Origin: Chiloscyllium plagiosum
Taxonomy: Eukaryota
DNA: 64,000 nucleotides
Direction: 5' to 3'
NCBI RefSeq assembly: GCF_004010195.1
Contig: NC_057719.1
Location: 27,199,623 to 27,263,622 of the forward strand
Part shown: positions 11,113 through 25,352 of the stretch, in pieces
How positions within the stretch are numbered: position 1 is the first letter of the stretch
Layout of the letters: every line of letters starts with the position of its first letter
Made by a program: the position numbers and the translations under genes
The notes under the pieces: model-generated
Told to the model about the DNA's origin: nothing
The model's database searches: none
The model's input: the letters and a program-made list of their open reading frames with translations, nothing else

Positions 11113-13512
11113 AAATGTTTTGTAAACTTTTTTTTATTTAGTGGCAATAAGATACTTAGAATTATATTGTAAAAAAAACAGTGCAATGTTTCAGAACAGG
11201 CTTGAGGTAATGTAAAATGTTTAAGTACTTCTTCTCCAGCAGAATCTGCTACTCAGTCATTTAACATTTAACGCTTGCGAGTTTTGCAGAATGTTTAGAA
11301 AATCCTTCAGAAAATCTTTGAGTTAAAGCACAATGAGAGTATCTATTTTGCAATGAAATCGTATTTTATTGAAGATGAAAGGAGATGGTGGCCAAGTTAA
11401 GTTTGCAACAGAGGATCAAGGAAACTTGCAGCTTTGGAAGGATGGTTTGCTTCCAGTCTATCATGGAATCTGAAGTAAATCACACAGGAGTGCGTTGCTA
11501 ACAGCATTGCTTTATGTTTTCCCTAGCAGTCACTTTATTTTGTTGTTTGTGTGTCAGCAGTCTGCTGAAAAACCTGAAGCAAGTGCATCATTCACTTTCT
11601 ATGTGGAAATGAGCTTTTCAAGAAAATAATAAGGGGTTTAGATCTGTTTCTATGGAGATGAAGCATTGTGCTTCTGTGATATGTCAAGCGCTTACCATTC
11701 TAGTCTTGTGTTCTACTCTTTATAATCACATCTGGAACAAATACTCAGTATATTTAATACATATGTCTCAGTAAAATAGCTATACACTGAGGGGAAGAGT
11801 TTCAATAAATCTATCAACCAGTAAACAAAATTAATATTAATGTAGGAAGCTTTCACCAAGCCCAAAGCAACATTTAAGGACAGATTTAAAGACCTTCTAG
11901 CTGATGAATTAGAATTAAAAACAGCGACCTGCTCATTGAGAGCCAAGAAATTTCATTTGGTCTATATGAAATTCTATTTTATGCACACAGCATGACAAAA
12001 GAAAATATCTTTGCTGCATTGTGATTAATTAATATATGATAGAAAGAGGCTCCTTGCAATTAAAATTGAATTTGTCTCATGGGTTGCGAAAACTCATAGC
12101 AGCGAACAGCATGTGTCAGGTTGCTGTACATGTCAAAAATAGCCACAATTTCAATAAGAGAGGGGAAAAATAATGTATAAAATAAAATATGAAATTTCTT
12201 GTAATTGTAGAGCCATCAAGTTTATGTAAACAGTATAAAAGAGCATTTGTCACTGATTCATGATAGAGACAAGATTGTTCCCTGTATCAGTCCACAGGGG
12301 CACAAGTCTGCAAAGTTGGAAATTTTTGACTAATCTGTATTAAACTGTTGTATCTATCAAAGAAACTGGTTCTGTCTTGTGCTTGTTTTTATGATGTGTG
12401 CTGTTATAGCTTTCAGAATATCTCCTTATTCAGTGCCACACAACCTGCACTGTACAGTTGATGATATTACACGCTAAAAATATATGAAGAAGCCTGAGAA
12501 ACATTTAGTACTGGTCTTGGAGGACTTAAACACATCCAAAACATACATAACGTCACTTAGTTATGACGCTGAGGAATCTACTGACAACTTTAGGATGACC
12601 TCAGGGAAAGTGGGATGCTCTAAGTACACATTTGTTCTGCTCAGATTTTGACAGTATGGGTGATGTCTCACAAATGGCCATGCAGAGGTTTGGTTTTCCC
12701 CACTTGCATTGTGTGCACAGGGAGGAGCAGGAGTTCTTATCCCTGGTTCCAAAGCAAGTCATTGATTACTGCTCATAAAGTATAACCTGTACTCTGCCCC
12801 CAACACAAACTTTCCGCTGCCTTTCCATACCATCTGAACATGAAATCCCCACCACACTCTGCTAGGGACGACTACACTGCCTGTGGAGGTACACGAACCT
12901 ACACAAACATACCCCTAATACATACATTAGACCGAAAGTGTCATGTTGGCCAGCCTTTGTGTACTAAGTTCAGATTCATGCAACGTGGACAAGACTGAGT
13001 CTGGATCCAGATACAGACCTGACAAATTTCATCTCTTTGTGTGTCATCTCTTAGAAAACAAGAATAAGTCTTGCAGCAAAGTTCCAACTCCTGGCTATTT
13101 AGTTGCAAAACCCTCCCTTCTGATTTGCCACTTGCACATTTTGGTTGGGGCGGGTGGGAGAGGAGTGGAGATGTGTGATGAAACTGATCTACAGTAGCCA
13201 TCAGAGTGCAATGGGCTTGTGGCAATTCAGCAGCAGGTTTTTTTTAACCATATCCCATCTTCTTTCAACAGATATCCATAATCATCAGGGAATCAAAGGA
13301 ACAAGAGTAGGCATTCTGCCCATTGAGCCTGTTCTGCCATTCTAGGTTATGATCAGTCATCTACCTCAATTTATACACTCATCTAATTCATTTGCGTACA
13401 TGTGACAATAAAGTTAATTCAATTCAATGCGATTCAATCTCCTTTATGTTAAATATGAGTCCAACCATTAGCTTTCCCCTGTTTCCATTGTCTCTAGTTT
13501 TGCTAGTGATGA

Positions 13513-16500
13513 ACATGTATAGAACATAGAACAATACAGCGCAGAACAGGCCCTTCTGCCCTCAATTTTGCGCCAACCTGTAAACTAATCTAAGCCCACC
13601 CCCCTACACTATCCCATCATCATCCATGTGCTTATCCAAGGACTGTTTAAATGCCGCTAATGTGGCTGAGTTAACTACATTGGCAGCAGGGCATTCCATG
13701 TCCTTACCACTCTCTGTGTAAAGAACCTGCCTCTGACATCTATTTTAAATCTATCAACCCTCAATTTGCAGCTATGCCCCCTCGTACAAGCCAACGTCAT
13801 CATCCTAGGAAAAAGACTCTCACTGTCCACCCTATCGTATCCTCTGATCATCTTGTATGTCTCTATCAAATCCCCTCTTAGCCATCTTCTCTCCAATGAG
13901 AACAGATCCAAGTCCCTCAGCCTTTCCTCATAAGCCCTTCCCTCCAGACCAGACATCTTGGTAAATCTCCTCTGCACTTTTTCTAATGCATGTACATCCT
14001 TCCTGTAATGGGGCGACCAGAAGTGTACACAATACTCCAAGTGAGGCCGCACTAGCGTTTTGTACAGTTGCAGCATGACATCACAGCTCCAGAACTCAAT
14101 CCCTCTACCAATAAAAACTAACAGACCATATGACTTCTTAACAGTGCTATCAACCTGGGTAGTAACTTTCAGGGATCAATGTACATGGACACCAAGATCC
14201 CTCTGCACTACCAAGAATCTTTCCATTGACCCAGTATTCTGCCTTCCTGTTATTCTTCCCAAAGTGAATCACCTCACATTTATCTGCATTGAACTCCATT
14301 TGCCACCTGTCAGCCCAATTCTGCAGTTTATCCAAGTCCCCCTGCAACATTCTTCCACACTGTCACTACTCCACCGATTTTAGTGTCATCTGCAAACTTA
14401 CTAACCCATCCACCTATGCCTGCATCTAAGTGGCACACCACTAGTAACCAGACTCCAAGCTGAATATTTTCCATCAACCACCACTCACTGCATTCTTACA
14501 GAAAGCCAGTTTTTAATGCAGACTGCCAAATCACACTCAATCCCATGCATCTACATTTTCTTCAAAAGCCTACCATGTGAAACCTTATCAAAGGCTTTAC
14601 TGAAGTCCCATGTACACCACGTCAACTGCCCTACCCTCATCTAAATGCTTGGTCACCTTCTCAGAAAACTCAATGAGGTTTGTGAAACACGACCTGCCCT
14701 TGACAAAACCATGTTGACTATCTCAAATCAAATTGTTGCTTGCTAGATGATTGTAAATCCTATCTTTATAATTATCCTCTCTTTCCAAAGCTTTTCCTAC
14801 AACAGACGTAAGGCTCACTGGTTTATAATTACCTGGGTCATCTCTACTGCCCTCTTTGAAAAAGGGCACAACATTTGCAAAACTCCAGTCCTCTGTACTA
14901 AACCATTGGAGACAATGGCAACTGGAAGATCAAAGCCAAAGGCTCCGCCATCTCCTCCCTAGCTTCACAGGGAATACTCGGGTAAATTCCATCTGGCGCA
15001 GGGGACTTATCTACTTTCACACCTTCTAGAATTGATAACACCTCCTCCTTACTAACTTCAATCCTTTCTTCTCACAAACTTTCAATCCTTTCTGTTCTAA
15101 TAGCCCATATCTCACTCTTTTCCTCTACAGTGTTCTCATTTTCCTGAGTGAAAACAGATGAGAAATATTTGTTTAGCACCCTCCGATCTCCACAGGGTCC
15201 ACACACAACTTCCCACTTCTGTCTTTGACTGGCCCTATTCCTACCCTAGTCATCCTTTTATTCCTCACATTCGTCTTTATTCTACCTGCTAAAGACTGCT
15301 CATGTCCCCTCCTTGCTTTTCTTAACTCTGCCTTTAAATCCTTCCTAACTACTCTTTAACTCTCCATCACCTCATCTGAATCATCTCGTCTCCCTCTTCC
15401 GCACAACAAGAGATACAAATTTCTGTAGTAAACCACAGTTCCCTTACCTTATCACTTCCTCCCTGTCTGACAGGGACATACCTATCAAAGTCACACAATA
15501 TCTGTTCCTTAAACCAGCTCCACATTTTGATTGTCCCCGTCCCCTCCATTTTGCTACCACATTCTATGCCTCCTAAATCTTGCCTAATCACATTATAATT
15601 GCCCTTCCCCCATCTATAACTCTTGCTCTATGGCATGTACCTATCCCTTTCCATCGCTAAACGACATGTAACTGAATTATGGTCACTCTCTCCAAAGTTC
15701 TCATCTACCACTAAATCAAACTCCTGGCCTGGTTCATTACCAACTACCAGATCCAGTGTTGGCCCTTCGATATACTGTGTCAGGAAACCCTCCTGCACAC
15801 TTTGGACAAAAACTGATCCATCCGATATACTAGAGTTACAGTATTTCCAGTCAATGTTGGGGAAATTAAAGTCCCCCCATAATGACCACGCTGTTCCTTT
15901 CACTCCTACCCAGAATCGTTTTGCCAATCCTCTCCTCCACATTCCTGGAACTTTGCAGAGGCCTATAAAAACCTCCCAGCAGTGTGGCCTCTCCTCTCCT
16001 GTTTCTAACCTCAGCCCATATCACCTCAGTAGACGAGTCCTCGTCAAAAGTTCTTTCAGCCACCATTATAATGTTCTTGACTAACAAAGGTGCACCTCCC
16101 CCTCTTTTACGACCTTCCCTGATCTTAATGAAAGATCTAAAACCTGGAACCTGCAACAACCATTCCCCACCCTGCTCTATCCATGTCCACAACACCGAAG
16201 TCCCAGGTACCTATCCATGTTGCAAGCTCACCTACCTTATTCCGGATACTCCTGGCGTTGAAGTAGACACACTTCAAACCAGCTTGCTGTCTGCCAGCAC
16301 ACTCCTGTGACCATGAAATCCTGTCCATGTCTTCTCTACTCTCATCCTCCTGGGTACTGGAACTACTGAGCTAATTTAAACCCACCCAAATAGCAAGAAC
16401 ACATTTCCCACCCAGGATATTAATACCCCTCTGGTTTAAGGGGAGACCATCCTGTTGGTAGAGGTCCCACCTTCCCCAGAATGAGTCACAATTATCCGTA

Positions 16501-16980
16501 TACCTGAAACCCTCCCTCCTGCACCATCCTTGCAACCACGTGTTCAGCTGATATCTCTCCCTGCCCCTCACCTCACTATTACGTGGCATTGGTAACAAAC
16601 CAGAGATAACAAATCTGTTTGTTCTAGCTCTCAGCTTCCATGCTAGCTCCCTGAAATCCTGTCTAACATTCCTATCCCTCCTCTACCTATGGCTTTGGAA
16701 CCTATGTGGACCACGACTTGGGGGATGGTTACCCTTTCCCTTCAGGACCCCAAAGACACAATCCAAGACATCATGGACCCTGGCACCTGGGAGGCAACAC
16801 ACCAACCATGAGTCTTTCATTCCAAACAAACTTACTATCTGACCCTCTAACTATTGGGTTCCCAGTGACTAACAATCTCCTCCTTCCCCCCTTCCCTTTT
16901 ACGCAACAGGGGCAGACTGTGCCAGGGACCTGAACTCCATTGCTTACCCTTGGTAAGTTGTTCCCCCATCCCCTCCCCCC
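13513..16980 (-). mobile_element. Long CR1 LINE: ORF1 SGNH esterase remnant, APE and RT, all disrupted
   Basis: LLVTGNPIVRGSD (ORF1), LKCVYFNARSI, GDFNFPNIDW and FGESDHNSV (APE), LYKTLVRPHLEYC (RT), and a (TTCTATG)n tail. Confidence 0.95.
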
Positions 16981-18334
16981 GCCATCTGCTGGCCTTTTAA
17001 GGTTAATTCTAAGCAGTAGCTTTCTGCAGTCTTTCTCTATGTAAATAACATGCAGCTCCTCTACTCTTCCTATCAAAGTGCATAACCTAACAGTTTCCCA
17101 CAATATATTCCATTTGTCAAGTTTTGAAAAAGAAAACATTCACAAGTAATCATTATTCTGGAGACAGAAGTTTAAAATTATAAATAAAAATGGTTTCAGC
17201 ATATATGTCTAAAAATGTAATGGCATGATCATTGCAAATTACTGATGTAAACAAATACAGCACTGAAAAAAAATTTTGTTCTGAGGAATGAATGTGAAAT
17301 ACCTTATAATGTCAATCTTCCTCTTTCAGCACCAGTACAGCTTGTAGGCATTCATGCATTTATTTCAATTTTCAATCAATTAATGGCATGGATCCTTGTC
17401 GTTTACATTTGTGACCTCTTCCACTCTCACTGTAAAAATTACTTTCACGTGTCATTGGTTCAGAGGTATATTTGGATAAACTTTTGACCATTTTTTGCTA
17501 GTTTCTTAGTTGACATATGAATAAATCCTAAGTTAATGAATAGATGTGGCCTTTTGAGATGCAGCTATCAAATAAAATATTTCTCTTCTAATTGTTTGAA
17601 GGAAATTGCTGCCCCTGAAAAGTGGTCAGCCAATGCTTTCAACTCTGCACAGGAGGAATGGCTCTTCTAGGTGAATTCACATTTTGGCATCTGAATTTTA
17701 AAAGATAATTGAGATCTGAGACTTTGCTCCATAGATGGTATGAAAATGCTAATCGCTTGGAATCCTGAAGCCAATTTTTATGTCACAGTTAGAAATGGCT
17801 GCTGCTTTCAAAGGGTGCTGTCAGTATCACAGGGAAGGACAAAAACATCCCAATCAATTTCAAATGTTACAATGCAAATTGTTAATATTAAAAGAAATCG
17901 CTCCTTGTAGAGATCCAGTAGGATATCTCCATACAGCTAACAATAGTAAAGCCAAATAAATATTATATTCATGTATTTTTCTTTAATTCATTATGTCAAA
18001 GGAATTTGAAGGTGTATTTTAGGATTGAAACCAGCAGCAGTGTGCCATTTCATATTCAGTGACAACTTCTGACATTCCGACATCCAAGACATTATACATT
18101 GCTCTTAAGTGTCGTCCTCACAGTTTGCTTAAGCTAACCCAAAAAGACCATAACCACCTATTGTTTCCTGTGACTGATTTTGGTGGTTCCTAAGTTGCCT
18201 AAAGCCTTTTTCCAAGTTAGTAAAATTAATACTACATCGAAGCTAATCACATCTCAAGCAAGAATTTGCATTAACCTCAGAGGTTTGTTGAAACAACAGT
18301 TACATAACGGCAAACTAGTTATTACATGACCGAC

Positions 18335-19145
18335 GAAGAACAATATAGCACAGTAACAGGCTGTTCTGTCCACCAAGCCTCCACCAATATATGATGCCTT
18401 TCTAAACTGAAAGAGCCTTTTGCCTCTATGCAATCTGTACCCCTCTATTCCCTGCCCATTCAAAAATCTGCCAAGGTATCTCTTAAATCTTGCTATTGTA
18501 TCTGACTTGATCATCTCCCAGGCACTTACCGCCCTCTGTGTAAATAAAAATATACCTCTCACATCTCTTTAAAATTTTCCCCTTTTTACTTTAAACCTAT
18601 GTTCCCCAGTAACTGACGTTTCTACCCTGGGAAAAAGACTCCGACTATCCATTCCGTCTATACCTCTCATAATTTTGTAAACCTTTATCAATTCACCTCT
18701 CTGCCTCTGACGTTCAAGTGAAAACAAACCAAGTTTTTCCAATGTCTCCCCATAGCTAGTACCTTCCAAACCTGGCAACAGCGTGATAAACCTTCTCTGT
18801 ACCCTCTCCAAAGCCTCCACACCCTACTGGCAGTGTGGTGATCAGAAATGTATGCAGTGTAGCCTTACTAAAGTTCTATACAGCTGCAACATGACCTGCC
18901 AACTTTTATATTCTATGCCTGATGGATGAAGGCAAGCTCGCCATATGCCTTCTTGACACCTTATCCACTTGAGTTGCCACTTTCAGAGAACTATGGACCT
19001 AGATCCCTCTATATGCTAATACTTCTGATGGTTCTGCCATGTGCTGCATACTTCCAAAATGCATTAGACCTTCCAAAATGCATCACATCACATTTGTCCA
19101 GATTAAATTCCATCTGCCAATTCTCCGCCCAAGTCTCCAGCCTAT
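18335..19145 (-). mobile_element. CR1 LINE 3' fragment
   Basis: EALERVQRRFITLLPGLEG..LGLFSLERQRQRGELIKVYKIM. Confidence 0.9.
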
Positions 19146-19373
19146 TAAAATGGCCTTTATCTGAAGTTTTGGTGAAAAAAACAAAAGCCTCACATTATTC
19201 TGGACAATATGTGGGAGGATGTGCATTAAGGAGAAGACGTATAAACAAGTAACAGGCATTTTGGGTTGTGCCATCAGCTCAATTGGAGGGCATCCAAAAG
19301 AAACCAAGCCTGATTACTTTGGATTTACAGGACACCAGTTTGCTGAGTTTATTGTACAACAGTTACATTAATG

Positions 19374-22300
19374 TTGCAAATTTGCTTGCTGAGCTAGAAG
19401 GTTTGTTCTCAGATGTTTCATCACCATGCTAGGTAACATCCTCAGTGAGCCTCTGTTGAAGCACTGGTGTTCTTCCTGCTTCCTATTTATGCGTCTTGGT
19501 CTGTTGTGGGCTATATCACTTCCAGTTCTTTTTCTGAGAGGTTGCTAAATGAGGTCCAAATCGATATGTTTGTTAATGGAGTTCTGGTTTGAATGCCTGT
19601 GCGTGTCTTTGCTTGGCTTGTCCCAGAAATAATGTATTGTCCCAGTCAAACTGGTGTCTCTCGTTTTCTGTGTGTATGGATACTAGTGATAGATGGTCGT
19701 GTCTTTTGGTGGCTAGTTGGTGCTCGTGTATCCTGGTGGCTAGTTTCCTGCCAGTGTGTCCAATGTAATGTTTTTTTCATTCCTTGCAGTATATTTTGGT
19801 TGTTGGTAAAGGGTCCATTAGATTCACCAAGAGCTATTTCAGTGTGTTGGTAGGTTTGTGGGCTACCATGATGCCAAGGGGCCGGTGTAGTCAGGTCATC
19901 ATCTCTGAGGTGTCTTTAATGTATGGTAGTGTGGCTAGAGCCTCTGGGCGTGTTGTGTCTTCTTGTTTAAGTTTGTTGTACAAATCTTCACAAAAATCAC
20001 AAATGCCTATGGGCGCCATATGCTCAAACTAGCTCGAAGATGGGAAACCAATGCCATCCGATTGAGCGAACAACTATACTTCCTACATGAATGCCTCAGG
20101 AAACAGATATTACCATGATAGATGAAATACAAACCACCTCTTAAACACCCCACAAGCCATAAAAACAGCAGAACAGCCATAGAATGTTACAAGAAATGAT
20201 CAGTAATGCCCACAACTGACTCCACAAATGCAAATGCGAAATTTCGTGCCACAAAACTGTACGCCAATGTGACTGACCAGGAATTGGTAAGTACGCTAGA
20301 ACAAACTACCAACACTAAACAACAGCAGGCCAAGACAAAGAAAAGACTAGCCCTTCAGAAAAACTGGAAAAGTTGACACATAACAATAATATGGACAATT
20401 CAGAGACTTGGACAAAGAACCTGTCGGACCAACCACTCTCAGACACAGAAAAAGTTGTCCTAGTACAAAGGATGAACTTCAACCAGAGGGGCACAGACAA
20501 AAAGACTTCCTAGCAGCACTGGAATCCATCCTGAAAAATAATGTACTTATGAAGGAACTCCAGCAGGCCATCAGACAAACAGTAGCACCAACACTACGCA
20601 GAAAGAAAGAAGGGAACACCCTCAATACACAGGAGAGGAGAGCCCTGGAAGTACTTAGAAAAGACAGAAATATCATAATCCTACCGGCAGACAAAGGACG
20701 CATGACAGTCATCCTGAACAGAACACAATACATTGAAAAAGCAAACATACTATTCACAGATACCGACACCTACCAACAGGTGGCGATGGACTCCTCAGCT
20801 AGAAAACCATACTGCAGCAGCAGCCCTGAGGAAACTATGCAAGACAGGTGAAATTAACAAAACAGACCTCCAAAGAATGAAATCTGAAGGATCCAACACA
20901 CCCCGTTTCTACGGATTACCAAAGGTATACAAACCAGGGGCCCCCTCCAGACCCATAATCTCACTTCCCAGCACACCGACAAACAGACTAGCAAAGGAAC
21001 TTCACTGTAAACTGAAATACCTAATAGAAGTCTAACACCACTCCATCCACTCTACCCAGAATTCCTGAACATCATCAAAGACACCAAAGTAGATGATGGC
21101 AACGTCATGGTTTCCTTCCATGTGACGGCCATATTCACATCAATAAACATCACCTTGGCCAAAGAGATACTGGCCCACTACTAGACGAACCAAAGGCACA
21201 AACAGCAGACATCACCAACTCCTTTAGCAAAGACCTTTAGTAGACCTGTGCCTCATAACCCACTTCATCTTCAACGACAAGACCTACAAACAAATCAATG
21301 GGACACCCATAGGATAAAATATCAGGATTCTTGGCATAAGCAGTTATGCAGAGGTTGGAATGAGCAGCCCTCCCCATGATCCAGCCCAAGCTTTGGGTCC
21401 ACTATGTGGGTGACACCTTTGTCATCATGAAACAGAACAAATTAGAAGAAATCCACAAACACATAAGCAACATCCTTACTGGTATAAAGTTCACTAAAGA
21501 GGAAGAGAGCAATAGCAGACTCCCCTTCCTAGATGCCATTGTAGAAAGAAAAGCTAAATGGAGAGCTGCAGACCAGCTTCTACAGGAAATCCACACACAC
21601 TGACCACATGCTCAGCTACAGAGCAATCATCCCAACACCCACAAACAGTGTTGCATCAGGACATTATTTAAAAGGGCCACAACACACTGCAGGACCCAGG
21701 AACTGTGAGATGCAGAAGAAAAACACCTATACAATGTATTCAAGAACAACGGGTACCCGATAAGCACTGTCTGCCAATTCTTACACAACAAACCTAATTA
21801 AGACACAACACTTCCAGAAACTCTAGCCACCATGCCATACATTAAAGGCATCTCAGACTATTCAGGCCCCTTGGCATCAATGGTAGCCCATAAACTTACC
21901 AATACACTCAAACAGCTCTTGGTGAATCTAATGGACGCTGTACTAACATCCAGCAGAACGAACATCTCACAACCAAATACCTCACAAGGACTATAGCAAA
22001 CATTACATTGGACAGACTGGCAGGAAACTAGCTACCAAGATACACGAGCACCAACTAGCCACCAAAAGACATGACCAACTATCACTAGCATCCATACACA
22101 CAGAAATGAGGGACACCAGTCCGACTGGGACATACATCTCTCCTGGGATAAGCTAAACAAAGACATGCACGAAAATTCCGAGAGACCTGGTATTCAAACC
22201 GGAACTCCATTAATAAACACATCGATTTGGACTCCATTTCCCAACCTCTCAGAAACAGATCCAGAATGATATCACCCACCACAACAGACCAAGACAGATA

Positions 22301-22442
22301 CATCGAGAGTGGGACAGTACACCAGTGCTTCAATGGAGGTCCACTGATGTTGTTACCTAGCATCTGAGAACAAACCTACCAGCTCAGCGAGCAAATTTAC
22401 AACCTAAACCACAACCTGAGCTACAAATCTTCACAAAAATTG
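19374..22442 (+). mobile_element. Penelope-like retroelement (RT + GIY-YIG, disrupted) with a 5' inverted pseudo-LTR
   Basis: Motifs IIILPADKGRMTVILN, TPRFYGLPKVYKPG..RPII, WVHYVGDTF (YVDD-like), LPFLD and GIY-YIG HYIGQTGRKLATKIHEH. 19374-19980 is the reverse complement of ~21785-22402. Probable TSD CAGTTACATTAATG / CAGTTATAGTAATG. Confidence 0.92.
19408..19449 (-). ncRNA. Minimal type I hammerhead ribozyme motif in the Penelope pseudo-LTR (CpG-decayed)
   Basis: Minus strand reads CTCA-CTGAGGA-T-GTTACC-TAGCAT-GGTGAT-GAAAC-ATC-TGAG: 4-bp stem I, CUGANGA, stem II and GAAA. Confidence 0.75.
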
Positions 22443-24699
22443 CAGTTATAGTAATGACGTCTGAGTAATGAACTAGCTTTTAGACAATATGTATGAGCCT
22501 GAAGCATGAACAATTGTTTAAATTGAGATGAAGAGGTGTCTGTGAATATATAACAATGACATATATATCAAAATTGGAGAACCAATTGAAAACATTGATC
22601 AATGGGAATAATGTAAATTACGTGATAGTGAATAGATAACCTGTTTTAGACATAACTACAATGCATTACAAAACTAGGTACCATGTAAGACAGGCTGCTG
22701 ATTTGTTCTTGCACATTTTGCATTCCAAGGAAAAGCTCAGAAAAACCTAAAGAACTACAGATGCTGTAAATCAGAGACAAAAAAGTTATCTCATTGTAAA
22801 ATATTTATAGCTGTGACATTAGATGACTCAATTTGAACCATGCTTTGTAATTACTATTAATTGGAGTTTTTCAATCTCCTGCCACTGGGGAAAGAACTTA
22901 CATTGGTTTATTAGTTATTAACATTGAAATTCTCATTTTGGGAGGATGTTTGAGCAACACCTTACACATAGTCACATTGTTTGATGGACTGATCGGGACA
23001 GATTCAGTTCTATAGTTAGGAGACCATTCTTATATTTTAGCAAAAAATAGGTAACAACTGTTGCAAAGCCATCTATTTGATTTTCTGGTACTGAGGAGGC
23101 GGCAGCTTGCACTTGATAGATTAGTCAAATTAAAAATAATTAGTTAGCAATTTTGGAGAGTAATCATATCTTTTTATCTTCTTGAGCTGATGATAAATGC
23201 CTCATCTCCTCATTTCTTTCCAAAGTGGAAGTGGTCTGTGATACAGCAATACCTTGTCTATGTGCTTTCTGTTTTTGACTGAATGCTCCTAATGAGTATA
23301 TTGTGTGACTCAGAAGAATTTGTGATATGTCATGTTCTCATCCTAAATAAAATTGGTTCTCATTTGTCTGACTCCAATAAACAACAGTAGGTTCCTATTG
23401 TTATCTCATTGCTTTTGGACTTGGAAACAATCTTTGACAGTTAACTTACAGCTTGTGTGGAGTATAAACATGTGCCCAAGTATCAGAATATGCAAATAAA
23501 AAATCAGACTAAATATCCCGTTCCTAATTCAGTCATGAAAACTGCTGTTGCCTATGAGTGGGACGCATTGGGTATTGTAAAAATTGTTCTTGCACATATT
23601 TTCATAAGTATTCATGTGAAGGACATGTAGATGCAAACTGATTGTCTAAGTACAAACCAAAACAACTATAGTGGATTTCTAATTGTAGATGGGATTTTCT
23701 CAGAGTGCAGCATCCTCTGTTTTATCCCATCAGACATTTCTCTCCAAGCTGAGCTAAAAAAACTCTTTTGCGATATATTGTGCTATAAGTGGAAGATAAT
23801 AGAAGTGTGCTAAAGGCAACAGGATATCTGAGATCTCAAATCATTGCTGGATCAATCTCCGTAACTGATCAATGCAGTTCAGAAGTCAGAAAAGCAATGA
23901 TTGAGAAAGGGGAAAACAAGAGGCACTGAAAGAAAGAGATGGAGGACGAAATAGGATGGAGAGTTTAAAAATGTGACAGAGCAGTAAAAGTTAAAACTTA
24001 AGTTTGACATGTTAAAAGAGCTAAAGTAATTAATCAGCAGAACAAAATTTGAACATTGCTTAAAGGAGCCAAAAGTTTGTACCTGTGTTATGGATTTGCA
24101 CATGCTAGAAGCTATGTATTAACACATAGACTCCTGTTTTATTTATGCAAAAGAAATTTGTATACATTCGAATACATTTTTCATTAGGGAAAAATTTGGG
24201 GTAATGTTAAGTGCTAATCTCTGTGATATTTCCAATTGAACACCCTGACTAAGCAGGATCCACCTGTCTAGATGAACAGTTAGCTGTTTCTGCTGCAATT
24301 CTATGTCTACAATAGCCCAACTAATCAGCATCCTCTCCTCATGCATTAAAAAACTGGTGTCTCTTTTACAAGTCTGGTTCTTGCATCGGAGTTTTGATGA
24401 GTGCAAGATGGAGCACTTTGTCTTTGTGTCTCCTTATAAAGTAGTTAAAAAGGCAATTTACCAACTTAAATAATGAGAGTCCACAATTTAAGTCGTTTAT
24501 TTTCTGGGTCAGAGAAGTTGATTGGTTCAACATTATCAATTATTGAATCATTAAAGTATACTTGCACTGTTAATCACCAGGCTTGACAAGTGGAACAACT
24601 AAGTAATGCACAAATCGTGGAAATGCTTATAGAAATAACGGACAGACTAAGGGAAGATTTGGCCTGATATGAAACCAATAGCAGTGTGGTGTAAATCAT

Positions 24700-25352
24700 T
24701 TTGTGAGAACATGTGAGGTTATGAACTTTGGCAGAAAGAATAGAGGAGCTGAATATCATTAAAGTGAGGAGGGATTGGTTAGAAACAGGAAGGTCTTGTT
24801 AAAATTATATCCAACACTTGTCAAACTATAACCGGAATGCATGAATAGTTCTCTACCCCATATCTAAGGAGAGATATACTGGCTTTGGATGCAGTACAGA
24901 GAAGTTCACTAGGCTGATTGTGGGTAAGGGGGGATTTGGATTATGAGGAGAGTTTCAGTTGGTTGTGCTTGTACACATTGGACTTCATAAAAATGAGAGA
25001 ATCCTTATTGAAACATGAAGATTCTTTGGAGGTTTGCAAAGATAAATATCGAGGGATTATTTCCCCTTGTGGGAGAGTCTAGGACTAGAGGGCGTAATCT
25101 CAGAATAAGGATTTTCCTGTTTCTGACAGAGATGAGAATTTTCTTTCTCTCCAAAAGTTGAGAATCTGTGGAATTCTTTACTGTGGAGAGGTGCTGAGGC
25201 TATGTTGATGAGTATATTCAAGGCTAAGATTTCTAAGGTTATCAGGGGTAATGGGGAAAAGCCAGGAAAGTGGATTCTCAGGTCAGCGATCTCAGTGAAT
25301 GCTGGAGAGACCTGATGGGCTGAATGGCCTACCTCTGTTCCTATGTCTTATG
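24700..25352 (+). mobile_element. CR1 LINE 3' fragment (old)
   Basis: CEVMNFGRKNR-like start, ESRTRGRNLRI and a 3' end GGGCTGAATGGCCTACCTCTGTTCCTATGTCTTATG. Confidence 0.75.
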
